From assembly GCA_012295275.1 (NCBI GenBank), contig CM022665.1:992001-1056000 (forward strand): DNA of 64,000 nucleotides, in the 5' to 3' direction. The stretch's first letter is position 1, and each line of letters starts with the position of its first letter. The notes beneath the pieces were generated by a model. That model ran no database searches and was not told where the DNA came from. It saw only the letters and a list, made by a program, of their open reading frames with translations. The stretch is from Chrysomallon squamiferum (lineage: Eukaryota; Animalia; Mollusca). The position numbers and the translations under genes were made by a program. Shown in pieces: positions 14,132 to 27,767 of the stretch.

Positions 14132-14300
14132 ATTGTAATATCATCATACCAAAAGACATATAATATGTTAGCATTGTAATATATTAGAACTGTAAAATTG
14201 TAATATCATAATCTGTGTATACTATTAGTACTGTAATATCATATCAAAAGATATGTTAGATATTAGTAGTGTAATATTGAAACATCAGCTGTTAGTAGAT
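13625..14300. repeat. Cryptic degenerate AT-rich tandem repeat
   Basis: Recurring TATTAAAAC / GTTAGTA / TGTAATAT motifs every ~25-35 nt. Confidence 0.65.
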
Positions 14301-14554
14301 TATCTATTTCCTTACTATAATGATTTTATATCACAGATTTATATTACTTGAAACTAATATGTACAAGTGTTTTATTTCAAATCTGATGTAATGTTTATTT
14401 TATATTTATTAATACAACTGATGATCTTGATTTCAGTTGTTAAGAAGTTTAAGAAAAAGAAAACCTGAACAACTGGAAATATTGAAAATTGTTTCATCAC
14501 TGTGTTCTTACATTTTTTGTTAATTTGTTAATAATTAATCAGTATAAATGATTT

Positions 14555-14557
<3 letters not shown>

Positions 14558-14620
<63 letters not shown>
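14558..14620. repeat. (TC)n microsatellite
   Basis: Directly visible. Confidence 0.98.
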
Positions 14621-14621
<1 letters not shown>

Positions 14622-15313
14622 ACTCTTGTAATAAACAAAAGGAAAAATTGACTGAATAGAAACAAATAGTTTTCTTTCATCAACTTTTTTCTTTTGTTTT
14701 CAGCTGAACTGTGATTCAAATTGATCTATTTTCCATTTTTTTTTCTTCTTTTTAATATTATTATTCTTAAAAATCTTTAACAGTTTACATTCCATTAAAG
14801 GAAACAAAAATTGATTTTTATTTAGATAAAAGCTATTTAAATTTGTAATTACACTGAATTTCAGCTATATTAGCACATTTTAATTATATTGATTTTTTTT
14901 CTTCGTATTTCTTTCTGTTCATAGCTTACCAGATACCAGCATTTACACAGAATATGTTAAGCTGGGAATGTTAAAAAAGCTTTATTTGTTTTATTTTTAT
15001 TTTGTTGTTTATCATTGAGTGCAATATGTTACAAAGTTGATCATGTTTATTGTAATTTTGAAACTGTTATTTGTTTGTTTATTTACAGTATATAGTTTTA
15101 TTGTTTCGCTGGTCATTCCATACAGCAGTGACATTCATTTTTTAATTGTTTTCATATGAACATCAAATGTTTGATACTAGTGTTTCTGTTGAAAGTGTAA
15201 TTTATTTGAATATAATAAATATATAGCTGCAACATATTAAATTATTAATAACAAAATGTTTTGTTGTTGGGTTATATCCGAATTCACTTAATTACCTAGC
15301 TTTCTTGATGATA

Positions 15314-15520
15314 CAGTGAAACTCCTCTAAACTGAACTCTCTGTAAACTGAAATACCCTCAAAACCAAATTCATTCTGGTCCTGTGATTTACTCAGTTTT
15401 AACTACTGAAAATAAGGCCTGAAAGCCCCTCTGCTCTCATAGCTGAACATGCTGCCTGGACTAGTTGTGTTTATTTAATAAAATTTTGACCTCTGAAAAA
15501 CCAAACCTGTCTACAACCAT
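15314..15520 (+). mobile_element. Tc1/mariner (pogo/Tigger-like) non-autonomous element remnant
   Basis: TA|CAGTGAAACTCCTCTAAACTGAACTCTCTGTAAACTGAA-type end with internally repeated CTCTxxAAAC motif; other TIR not found. Confidence 0.45.
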
Positions 15521-16589
15521 GTCCAATTAGTAGTGAAAAAGGCTGTAAATGCTGACATACACCTGCTCAGTGTAGTATTTCTGGGTTGTGTTTCAGTGTC
15601 TGTGGAACAGTGTTCTAATTGGTCTCAGTTCGGTTACAGCTTGAAAAGCTTTTGTCATTCAGTTCACTCCTTTATGTTTGTAACAAATCAACCTGCACTG
15701 TACTTACCAGGACAGAATTTAATTACAAGAAGAAGAAGAAAAAAACAAGTCTCCAAAATAATAAAATAACAATTTTTTATTTAAATCATATTTCAGCCAC
15801 TTCTCCATGACTGGTTTATCAAACTCCATTTATGTGCTTTCATTTGTGTGAGGAAATGCACTGAGATTACTTTCTCCGAACATTTCAAAAAGTATAAAAA
15901 ATAAGAATAGATACTAATAAAATGAAACAAATGTGGATTGATTTTAAGAAATTTAAGCATCACAATGACATTTACTCATTTATTTTTATATAATGGTCTA
16001 AAGATTTAAAATGCAGTTTTCACTAAAGCATAAATAAATGACAAATTACCATTGGTAGGATTATGGTATTGTTTTATTTTGTGTCTTTGTAAATAAAAAG
16101 TTGTATGTGTTTTCTACAGTTGTTAGAAAAATAAAATGTATTTAACCAAAATATAAGCCATATTTATATGTTTTCGTGAATCAGTTAATGCTGCATTTAA
16201 CAAGTATTATCTTGAGTTATAAAAAATATGTTATTAACTTAAAAATCAATGTTGGAACTGATCAGAAGACAAGGTAATTTTATTATCATGTTCCTCATTT
16301 CTAATTTAATATCAGAAACCTTTGAGGGGAAAAAAGAAAACTAACTCTGGATAATAGTTCTGTTTTTAAAGGTCAAAACTGCCGGATATTTTCAATATAG
16401 GATCTCTTGTTTAATAATACTCATTTTTTCTTTCCTTTCTTCTTTTTTTTATCTGTACCATTGGGCATGACTGTCCTGGAAGGAGCATATCTTTTGACAC
16501 TTCTTGTGTCCATATATATTATGCCTGTTTTATAATATCAATAATAATCATAATAATATCTGTACAGATGTTATTTCCAATGTTGTTAC

Positions 16590-16795
16590 ATTTGGGTGGG
16601 TTGTACAGAAGGCCTCAGTTGTGATTGGTTGCAGGATCAGTCCTCCTTAGTGCATTCATCCCATATTCTGTGACTCATTTATTAAATGCACATCTTTCAT
16701 ATCTACAGGAAGATGCATGTGATAGATGCCAGACTGTTGTATGTAACCACATGTCTAAAACATCGACTTGATTAAATAAAAACATATCTTCCTTC
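16590..16795 (+). mobile_element. Old SINE-like dispersed repeat copy
   Basis: GGATCAGTCCT motif shared with 38690 (GGATCAGTCCT) and 52424 (GGGTCAGTCCT); 3' tail TTAAATAAAAACATATCTTCCTTC. Confidence 0.4.
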
Positions 16796-17799
16796 TTTTG
16801 TCACATTCATTTATGTCGTCTTGTTTGCTATGGTCACAACCTTTGATTTCACGTTCTCAGTCCAATTAAATAAAAATACCCGTTCTCATCTTCTGTTTGT
16901 GATCTTTTCATAATCTAATAAATAACTGAATCCCTCCTACATAAACCTGATTTTTGTTTAGTTTTTTTGGGTCATATTTTCTCTTACAATCTGATTTTTT
17001 TATAACATATTTCTGTCAAAAACAAACTGAACTCATCCCTATCTATAACTAGAGTTTAAGTTGGACATTTTTATATGGTAAGTGACATTTATGTGTCAAT
17101 TCCCTACGGACTGGTTTTGAATGAGCTGGTATAGGATGCATTTTGAAATTGCTGTTGAAAGTAAAAAAATGTCAAATACAAGAATTAATTTCATTCACTC
17201 CAGGGGTAAATCTTTTTCTGTATCTTAATGGATCATGCATCTTTGTCATTAGTTTCTAGCTTTCATTTCATTTGTTGACAATGACAAGTATTACACCTCA
17301 TATGCATTCACTTATTTTTCTTAAATTGTTGTTGTGGTTGTCGTTATTTAAATTAGAAAGATAAGTTAATAACAAAAAAACTATTACTATGTTTTTTTTT
17401 TTAAAGTTGATTATAATGACAAATACATAATGAGAAAAAGAAAGAATGTAAATGAAAATAAAGAAAACAGTAAAAGACAAAATACAAAATTAACAAATGT
17501 TCAGTTTAATTGTTGCTTTTCTTCTTGTTTTCATTAATGTTTTTAGAAATTACTTTTACATGTATTTGTTTATCTTATTTAGTTCACTGAATAATTTTAA
17601 AAAAATTTCTTCTAATTAACAAACTCAGGATTTAGTTTGTTCCATCAGTTGTGCATAGTTATGTTCTTTATACATAAGTGCTTGTATTAATTTATGTGTT
17701 TATGTATTTTATATACTCTGACCTCTTAGTGTTGGTTTTTACAAGATTATGGTGTGATAGTATCAGGTGGAGTAACAAGTTTTCTTTAGATGCTTTCAC

Positions 17800-18970
17800 T
17801 TCAGAAACAAGAAACAGGATCAACAGAATAATTGGTTTGAATTGTTGTACAGACCATGTGATTGTGGTACTGTCATAGATCAAAGTTTCAGTTGTTATTA
17901 GTGACTGGGAAATTAATTAACATTCTGGTATCACCAATAATTAAACCAGTTTCAATTGCTTCATTTAAACTTTTTGTTTTCTGTTTTGCCTTCTTGTAAA
18001 TTGGATAGGGATCTGAAAAACTAATTTTCTTTCTTTAAAGCAATTATAGAAAACACAGATATTGCTATAACTCTAGACGATGCAAAGTAAATGTTGTAAA
18101 AACTATATTTTATAATTCAGTTTAACTTACTCGGTGAAAACATACACATTCAAGTACACTGTAGATGTACCTTGATTTCTCATGTTAATATGTAGAATAT
18201 GTTACTTCGCCAGACAGTGGAGATATGTGACCAGAGTTGGCAAGGGAAAGTCTGCAACAACAGTGACTTTACCAGTCCACACCCATACACTAGAAGATGT
18301 CGACCGTATCAAGTTTATAAGAACTGACAGGAAGAGAACAAAGGATGAAACAATAGATGCACGAGATGTTCGACAAGTGAGTAGCAACAGAAGATCATCC
18401 ACATCTTTTAAACCTTCCTCCGCATGAACACCATCCCTTCATTTCCACAGACCAGAGTCGACGTAAATGTTGACACTGTTTGAGAGTGTTTTCTCCCGTT
18501 CACTAGTCTTGTCCACAGATCAGCAGTAACGAGCCCTTCAAGCACAGAGTTTTCACATGGACAGGACTGTCAAGTTTTCCTTTTTCATCAAGAAACTGTA
18601 CCAGCTGGACTGCAAATAGACTTCGAAACTGCTGGCTATTCAAGTATTCTACAGCCAGGAGCTGTTTCTTTCATTACAATCAAGTTACATGGAGGAAGAT
18701 GCAAATCACTTGGCTTAGCGAACTCTACAAAGACAAACAACAACACTGGATCAAGTTCAGCATGCATGACTGGATGTTATAGAAGCTAAGTAAAAGGCAG
18801 ACAAAGTAAACTGGGCCAGATCGAATTTGGAGTGTCACCAACTAGCCAGAAGCGCCACTGTTATGATAACAAAAACGACATCCAGAGACTGAAAAAGAAG
18901 CTGCAGCCAGGGACCAAGAAACCTATACAGTTCTTAGATGCCACTGGACATTTATTTAAAATTGGCTGAA
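17800..18970 (+). mobile_element. Decayed Mutator-like (MULE) transposase remnant
   Basis: GC-richer interrupted frames with CYFARQWRYVTRVG (cf. CxFH..W motif), KTNNN (cf. RTNN motif) and C-terminal NDIQRLKKKLQPGTKKPIQFLDATGHLF; stops/frameshifts between them. Family call is from recalled motif similarity only. Confidence 0.45.
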
Positions 18971-21850
18971 TATATTTACAAATTAATATGTGCTGTAATG
19001 TATGTATGTATCGCTCATATGTGCTAAATGTGACATAATAGTATTCATATGTTATGTGGTTGAATTTATAATAAACCTAAAAATATATTTTTGTACTTGT
19101 GTTAACAGACGATATGGGATCTTTTAATTATTCCCTAACTTGAATGTAACAACTGTGGAGACTAGTTCATTACTGAATTCTAGGTAGAAGGCATATGATT
19201 AGTAGTTGACTCTGCATGATTTTTGTTGTTTTAAGGTGTGGGACGTGTAAGAAATGGAAGGTTACCGAACTAAGTACATGCCTGTTTATGTTTTCAAAGC
19301 TCGCCTCAAAATAAATTGAAATGGGAGCGGCAAATAACACCGTGCTGATTGATAATGTCTGAGAAAACCTTGAACAGAATTTGGATCAGTTTAACAATTA
19401 GATTAAGAAATAATTTACCAAACGTAGGGTCTTTGATCAAAACGGAAAACATGGTTGGAGATACCGGTAGCTTGCCACGAGCAGGAAATTGCACGACAAG
19501 TCAAAGCAATTGATGAATGTTTGTGAAGATGTCTTTGTTTTGAGGTTTATTCTCTTTATAGAGTTTTTGGTTAGTTCTGCTTACAATTTTATGCGTTTTA
19601 TGTAGTTTATAAAATATAAGGCACATTTTGTAGTTCTTTGAATTTAGGCTATAGTTTTTAATGCTGTGGCTAGTTCTGTAGTGACGATTCCGATTGTTAA
19701 AACATTGACATGCTACTAAACAAATGCTTAAATAATTGTGCGTTTCTTTTGGAACATCAACCCAAAAGTATAAACTAGAAATATTTATTTATGATTTTAT
19801 TAAAGCAGTTTTTACAGTAGGTGCACCTGCAACGTGCTATGCAGTTAGTTTAGCAGAATGACAATATGTTTTACTTCGTACATTTTGTCTGTTTATTTTA
19901 GTCTTGCCGCCGATGTTTTCAGATCTCAAGCATCCCACATCGTACCGACGTGTATTATTAGATGTTCCTTTGAAGTTCAGATAAAGTAGTAAAAAAATAA
20001 ATAAAAGAGAACAGTAATGAGAAATCTAAACAGTAAGTGGGTGGAAGACGTTGCAAACAGGGAAGTATCTTTCTAGCTATGATCTGTTTACTTTTGTGTT
20101 CCCATCGTGTTTTTTTCCTGTTCTAGCCAGAAATACATTTTCGAACTTAAATATAATCGTTGGTTTTTAGTCTGCGAGAGAGTACATACAACTTGAAAGG
20201 CCCAATTTGTGAAGTCTGTATTTCTTTACCGTATATTTTTAAGTATTGTAAATTTTTACAGATGAATGTGAATGTGAAGGGCAAAATAATAATAATAAAA
20301 ATGTTAGGATTTATTCATTCTTCTTTTATGTTATCTACCTGGCTTTAAGTCTTACTGAAATGTAACATTTCCAAGACAAACAAAGTGTTTAATCAGTACG
20401 ACTGAAAGAGTGTTAACTGAGATATTTTTCAAACAAACTCGATGGAATATAACTTTTAGAAATCATTTATTGTATAGGCTGCCAGTTTGTGATCACTCCT
20501 GTTTCTACCACTAGTATAGTTATATGTTTTTCTTTTCTGTATGATTTATAGCTCATAGGCAAACAATTACATATGTATATAAAGAGGCATACTACCATAC
20601 ACTACTACTACTACAACTACGTACTACAGACTATTCTGCTGTTGTAGCATTTATTATTATTACAATTGCTACTATTACCGCTACAACGAGAACTACTACT
20701 ACTACTTCTCCTACAACAATTACTACTACTATTATTCAGTATAATGTATGTGCGAACTTTTCTAACACTCATTGCCTTACTGACAACATCCACTTGCAGA
20801 TAATGTTTAGAAGTGCTCTCTGTAAATCATCCATATTCAAAACACGTTAGAACATTGGGAAATAAACTCAGTGGTATCATTATTCTTCGGCTGGTTATGA
20901 AATTTTCTGAAATAGATTCATCATGGTTTCAGTCCCTGTGCTTGACAAACACCCATATTCGATAATATTAATCTGAAAGGCACAAGTCGATTGGAAGCAA
21001 TTTTAATTTTCTTTTCTTTATTAACTTGTAACAACCAAGTAACGTAAAAAAGCTTAAATTAGATACAGAAAGAAGAGACGATAACACACACACACACACA
21101 CATACACGCGCACACACACACATACACGCACACACACAAACATTACCACCAATGTCATATTATAAGCTTCAACATCAACTTTCATTATGATAAACAATTA
21201 ACTCATTGATTTTTTAATTCTGACTCGGATCCCGTTCGAAAATAAATCTTAAACTAAAAATGAAGTGAAATGTTCTAGGATGTCTTTGTAACAGTCCTTA
21301 CATGGTCAGTGCTAATGAGCACTGCATTTTTAAGTATTCTTTGGTATGCAAAAAAGAGTACAGTGAACAAAAACTTTTTTCAGATATCTCTGTATCACTA
21401 ATTACGTCTATGGCGTTCATATTACGTTTCCTGGACCTCTTTATTGCTATTTAGCTAGCTTAACAACATCTGATGTCATTTCCGTTAAATTTTCATTCTT
21501 AAAATATATCTGTGATTTTAATAGTCAAATAATAATTATTATTAATAAACAGCTGGAGTCGTGACGTCACTGGTAACTATAACTTTCTTCTGGTGCAACA
21601 AAATAACAAATAAATAAATAAATAATTTCTTTTGGAAATGTACATTACCAAAAAACTAAAATAATAATAATAAAAATAAATAAATAATCCAACAACATAA
21701 AATATATTTAAAAAATTAAAAATAATAATAATAATGATAAAACAGAACCCAACAACAAATTCACGCTATTTATATAAATAGCAATACTTTGATTTTGACA
21801 TTTTCTGTTGAAACGGAATTTATTTATGAAAGTATAATTACAAACGTACC

Positions 21851-21876
21851 TACTACTACTGTTACTAATACTACTG

Positions 21877-21920
<44 letters not shown>
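21851..21920. repeat. (TAC)n microsatellite, imperfect
   Basis: Directly visible. Confidence 0.9.
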
Positions 21921-21921
<1 letters not shown>

Positions 21922-22259
21922 ATCGGCTACTGTAGTATAATTAACAGCAACATTTGTTAGTAAATATATAATGAATGATGTTATAGATTACGTTTGCTAA
22001 TAAACAATGTTAATATTCGGTTTCTTTTGTGACTAAGTATATATCGATTTCAGTGAAATCTGTTTTAGATGAAAAGTACAAAGTTGTCACACCTTGTTAT
22101 CTGCGAAAAACTGTGTTTAACAGAACACATTTCAAAGACATGATGTGAAATGACTTAAAGATCAGGTTAGGTATTCGCGCAAGTCAAGTGCTCACGTACT
22201 TGCTGTATCTCACGTCTGCCAGTTTGCGCGGACAACTTGTTCCTGGGACGAAATTTTGT

Positions 22260-22560
22260 TAATTGGATTAAATGTTCATCTTACGAAGCATGAATGTCTG
22301 TTCAATATAACTTCAGCATCATTTTTACGGATAGCATATTAAATTTAAGCATTTTTTTTGAGATACTGATAATATGAGAGAGGAAACCCGCTAGGCTTTA
22401 TGGTGTCAAATACATTCTTCTCAGGAACATAGCTGTCATTATACGAGTTATTCTTTGCATCAAAGGATTTTTATGTATATTTATAAAAAAAGGAGAAATC
22501 GCACACAGTAGCCTTTGAAAAACAAAACTTAGAACTGTAGCTGGTTCCCAGAATAGGACA
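22260..22560 (-). mobile_element. Old SINE-like dispersed repeat copy (reverse orientation)
   Basis: GAGAGAGGAAACCCGCT at 22376-22392 and later GGATTTTTATGT...GCCTTTGA resemble the reverse complement of a gastropod SINE body as I recall it. Confidence 0.4.
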
Positions 22561-25177
22561 GGTGACACCGAGTACAGCCCTTGTTAAAATATCACCCTTT
22601 CAGTCTCAATAACCGCTCCTAATTTGTTTTGTTTTTTTAAATCGTATTTGTTAGTGAACTATCTGATTCATTCAGTCTTGGTTCTTGTAGATCGATTCGA
22701 CACCACGATGCAACTAGTATACTGATATCCATTAGCAACGCATTACCAGAAGTCATATTAAATGGAAAGCCTGTTACAACATTAAATTAGAAAGAGAAAC
22801 GATAATTTGAAAACAAAGAAATATATGTAGATTTGGTAAATATTTATTCGACATTATTAGGTCACAGCTCACTATTTCTACTTAGTTTTATTACTCTAAA
22901 CCACGAACAAAGCATAGCTACGTGCTGAGTTGAATAACCAGTTTCAGTAATGAATTACTAAGTGTTCCGCTAAAGTAACCAAGTATGAATTAAACTGAAT
23001 TTTCTTTGCAGCTTTTATATGATGATGATAATGGCTATAATGACGATGATAACGCAAAACAAAACAAAGCACACAGTCGTTCATGTTATTCCAGACATTT
23101 AAAGAGTAACTAATGATATTTGTTTAAATATCATTCCTAGATTTAATTACTAAACTTTTTTCCCAATCGCTTGTTTGCTAACAATTAGATTTGTGAAACA
23201 TATTTCTAGTTGACACCCAGACTAATTATTTTAAATGTTGACATATTTCTTTCTTTGACATTAACCACACTGAATCGCCTTAGCATTAAACCTTTGATTT
23301 CTAAACGACATATTTAAAAAAATATATAAAAATAAATTTAAAAAAAAGCAAAACCGAAAACAAAAATAAAATAAAAGAGAAACAGTTTCGTGACACGAAT
23401 ATAGATTTACCACTGAAAACTTTATAACAAGAAGTAGAAGAACAGAATGAATTTATCAGTTATCTCACTTTGGATTATAAACAAGCCTATCATTTTACCA
23501 ATTACCGTAAAAAGAACAAAATTGGAAATAGTATAGCAGACAGAATTAAATACATTTTTTGACTGAAATTGTATTTTATAAACAAGACTAATAAAACAGA
23601 TCTACGTAGATGAACATATAATTGTATCACTCAGTAAAATTACATGGCCGCCTACATCTTACATCTTGAATCTTAGAACTCGTGAATTAAAAAATAAAAT
23701 AAAAAATCCCTTTAATAGAGTCTTTTGTTCTTAGTTATAATAATGAAATATAGTCTGTAATTCTTTACATTTGTTTGATCTTTGTTAAATAAAATTAGAT
23801 TTAATTTATGTTCCGTGTTAAAAGGAAGACAGTAATACTAATTTAGTGCTACACTGAAATGACACTTGAACGAATGCAGCACGAATCACACTTTACACTG
23901 AACTTTTCAGAAGATAATTTCTAGTGTTTTTATTCTGTAATCATTTTGATATTTTGCAGGATTTTCTCAAAACTGAAATAAGTATAATAACTACTGTTAA
24001 GAAACCAGCTATTCAGATTTATAAAATAAGAAACCACTAATTTCTTATGAAACTGCTACTCGGAAAGAGCAGGCCTGACAATTTAAGGATCAACTTCTCC
24101 TTTTCATAGTATCATTTCGTACACAAAAAACGCATACATTTGTATGTATAATGCTTCTTCCTACAGTCCTAGGTATTTTTATTTAATTATTTAACTAATA
24201 TTTTATTTGTTTTTAAAATAATATTTCACATCAGAACAATTTTGAACTGTTGTATGTCACACGTCTTACATGGCCATGTAACGGTACATACTTAGCATAT
24301 GATATTTTGCAATATGAAATAATATTAGATTATGTTATGGTTTTTTCATTATATCAAATACCGTCATGATACAGTATTCTACTATATGCAGCCCAAGTTA
24401 CACGACTTTTAACATACTTTGTTTTATAATAAATTGTGCGACGTTAAGATACAGTAGTATGCAGTATTAAAGTATGACATTTGAGATACAATGTTCTGTA
24501 ATACAACATCATGCCTCGTTAATATACATTATTTTGCGTTGTGTACTATGGTACGTTATTTTGCATTATATATAATGCGACATAAAGGTCCGATACGATT
24601 ATACATAAAATAAGCGACGTAAAGGATTATATCATACAAATGAGAATTGATATCTTCCCAGAAATATAATGTGCGAATTATGAATCAGTTTTTTATTGTT
24701 ATTATTTGAAATTATTTGCAACAAGTTATTTGCTGCATGTCTTCTTTTTGTTTAAGTATTGAGCCCTGAAGCTCGTTGTTTCACAAATATGTTATTAAGT
24801 AGTTAGAGTAAAAACTGCCTCTGCAAAAAATATTTGCATTAAAGTGTCATTAAGATGTTGTATATGGCGAGTCTGTCATGTCAGATGTATTTCCCCCGAC
24901 AGGACGACCCTTTAAGATTTGGTAATTAACATTGCTAGCACGAAGCTAATGACGTAGTAAGCATGGCCGCATAGCATGTGGGAATGGCCAATGACATGAG
25001 AAATAAGTGGAATTATTAACTCCATTGGAAAGTGTTGTTTTTCCTTATTATAGCTGTCAGATGAAATATCGCACAGCGCTGTACTCTCTTGTTGGTGTAT
25101 TAGGTCATTTAGAGTTTGCCACCCTTCATTAAGGAGCAGTGAATACGAATTGTTTGGCACTGAACTGGTTATCTGTT

Positions 25178-25180
<3 letters not shown>

Positions 25181-25263
<83 letters not shown>
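25181..25263. repeat. (CT)n microsatellite
   Basis: Directly visible. Confidence 0.98.
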
Positions 25264-25265
<2 letters not shown>

Positions 25266-26376
25266 ATGATCAATATAGTTAGCAAAAATTCCATTTAGTC
25301 AATAACCAACCATAAAAAAATAATATTATTAACCAGCTTTTAGAGTTGAGTTGCTTATTTCATAAAAACCTTATTCATTATTCAAAAATTTAGTCACGTA
25401 AAACAAACTGTATTAAACAATAATTTAATGAAATCTATAAAATATTTGGAAATCTTTATATTTTCTTTTTTTTTGTTGTTACGGTTGTTTTTATCATTTG
25501 AACACAACATGCTCTTTTTTTTTTTTTCTTCCATTTATCTTTTTTTTTTTTTTTTTTTTTTTTACAACATTTTTGTACCTTTGATTTTGTGTTAAAATAA
25601 AAAAAATAAAATAAAACAATGAAAACAAAATTAATTTAAAGAATTTTATGTGTCTGAAAAAAAAGAAGAAAAAAGCTCACAACTAGTATTAGGTGGTTAC
25701 TGAATAAGAAAACTGATTCAATAAACGAAGAAGAAAAAAATTCCTCTCGTTTGCGTGGAAAAACAAGTTATTTTTAATCCTGAATATTTCGCTAATCACA
25801 TTTTTTTAAACTCTTACTCATAATACTGTTCTTTAATGATGACCAGTAGAAAATATAAATCACAACTCAAAATCTTTTTTATTATTTTTATTAAAGATTT
25901 CAGATTCCTTAGATTATAATCATGGTCTGAGCTGTCTATGAAATGTCACTGGTTTACGATCCACAAAGCCTAGCCAGAGGAAACTGTTTGCTAGAACTAT
26001 CATTAGCGATAATACACACAGGACTTAGTTTTGATGTTAATTAGTCACTGAATATAACTGCATTGCCTACGATGATCTCTTTCACTTTCTTGTTGAAGTT
26101 CCTAAAGAATCTAATTCTAAGATAAATGGTATGTTGGTACCTGTTGCAAAAACCTCGCCAAATTTTTAAACCTATACAAAAAAAAAAAAAAAAAAAAAAA
26201 AAAATAAAATAAAATAAAATAAAGAAGTAGAAAATGTTTTCATTAAGTCTCTTATTTTATATTATGTAATTAGTAGTAAAATTATAATTTGTTTTTATTT
26301 ATTTAAATTAGTAATATTATTATCACTGCAAAATGTTATGCCTGTCTTTATAAAGACTAATTGTAATGAACGGAAG

Positions 26377-26417
<41 letters not shown>

Positions 26418-26606
26418 GTAGTAGTAGTAGTAATAATAACAATAACATATAAATTAGGCCGAAATGCCGTCATAACAATTTTTTTTTTTTTTAAATTTCT
26501 GTTTCTGTTCTTTTGTTTCAGCAACTGCTCTATTCCTGTTTCTTGACTATGGGAAATGCATATAACAGAAATACTGACATATATATAGATAGATACATAC
26601 ATACAT

Positions 26607-26720
<114 letters not shown>

Positions 26721-27460
26721 AAGGTTGGCTATTTGGCTGTTTGGTATCAACCTGTTTAAGCTGGTTAGAATCCATGTTTTCACTACAACCGTCTGCTCTT
26801 TTTTTTAGAGCTGTTTATCTGCATTCTCTTTATTTTATATATTTAAATATTCTCGCCCAAACTCTCATTATCTGCAGTGTTTGTATCAGCATCCTGTCAA
26901 AGCTTCAACAGCGAATCACACCCATTTACGACGTTCGGGTTCATCGTAATAACAACACACGTAAATACGTTTAATGACTTATTTTTCCTTTCACGCAAGA
27001 GGTAATAGAAACCCATTACTAGGAAGTGAAAATGTTTAATGATCTATTAATCCGTTTCTAACTGTTCTAGCTTGTAGGCGTTCGTAATTTCCACCACAGT
27101 TTAGTTTCGCATTATCCACTTTGGTCAGTTATTACTGCTGTAAACTTTCTTTTTCTTAAAAATGAAAAAGTAACAAGAAAAAAAGAGAAATATATAAATT
27201 CAGTTTTAATCCGATTTACGTTAATTCTTTAAGACTGATGAATAGTGTTTTTAACAAAAGGTTTGGTTATTTCGTGATTGGTAATACATTATCAGTTTGA
27301 GGATTTAGATTAATAATTATTATACCCATGAAATTATGTGATTTTTTTCATTCTTTTAATTCTGTTTACTAGTTTTGTAATACAGGCATCTAATTCATAC
27401 AAGTCAAATGCGTATTACATAGTAAGAATCTGATCCGATTATAAAGTGATCCATACTCGA

Positions 27461-27767
27461 GTGAAGACCTGGCAGAGACAAACGAGTGATGGTTACATGT
27501 TAAATTGTTGTTAAATCCAGTGAAATACCTGGCAGAGACAAACGAGTGATGGTTACATGTTAAATTGTTGTTAAATACAGTGAAGTACCTGGCAGAGACA
27601 AACGAGTGATGGTTGCATGTTAAATTGTTGTTAAATACAGTGAAATACCTGGCAGAGACAAACGAGTGATGGTTACATGTTAAATTGTTGTTAAATACAG
27701 TGAAGTACCTGGCAGAGACAAACGAGTGATGGTTACATGTTAAATTGTTGTTAAATACAGTGAAGTA
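27461..27767. repeat. 60-bp minisatellite, about 5 copies (GTGAAGTACCTGGCAGAGACAAACGAGTGATGGTTACATGTTAAATTGTTGTTAAATACA)
   Basis: Consecutive 60-nt lines are nearly identical; few substitutions and one 1-nt deletion in the first unit. Confidence 0.97.

Noticed and set aside
18802-18816. QSKLG peptide in the MULE-like remnant identical to the knottin C-terminus
   Set aside because: Five-residue match with different codons and no flanking similarity; coincidence.
27461-27767. CRISPR-like array or coding repeat
   Set aside because: Head-to-tail units with no unique spacers, eukaryotic context and no cas genes. All + frames have stops, and the open - frame I checked has no start codon.
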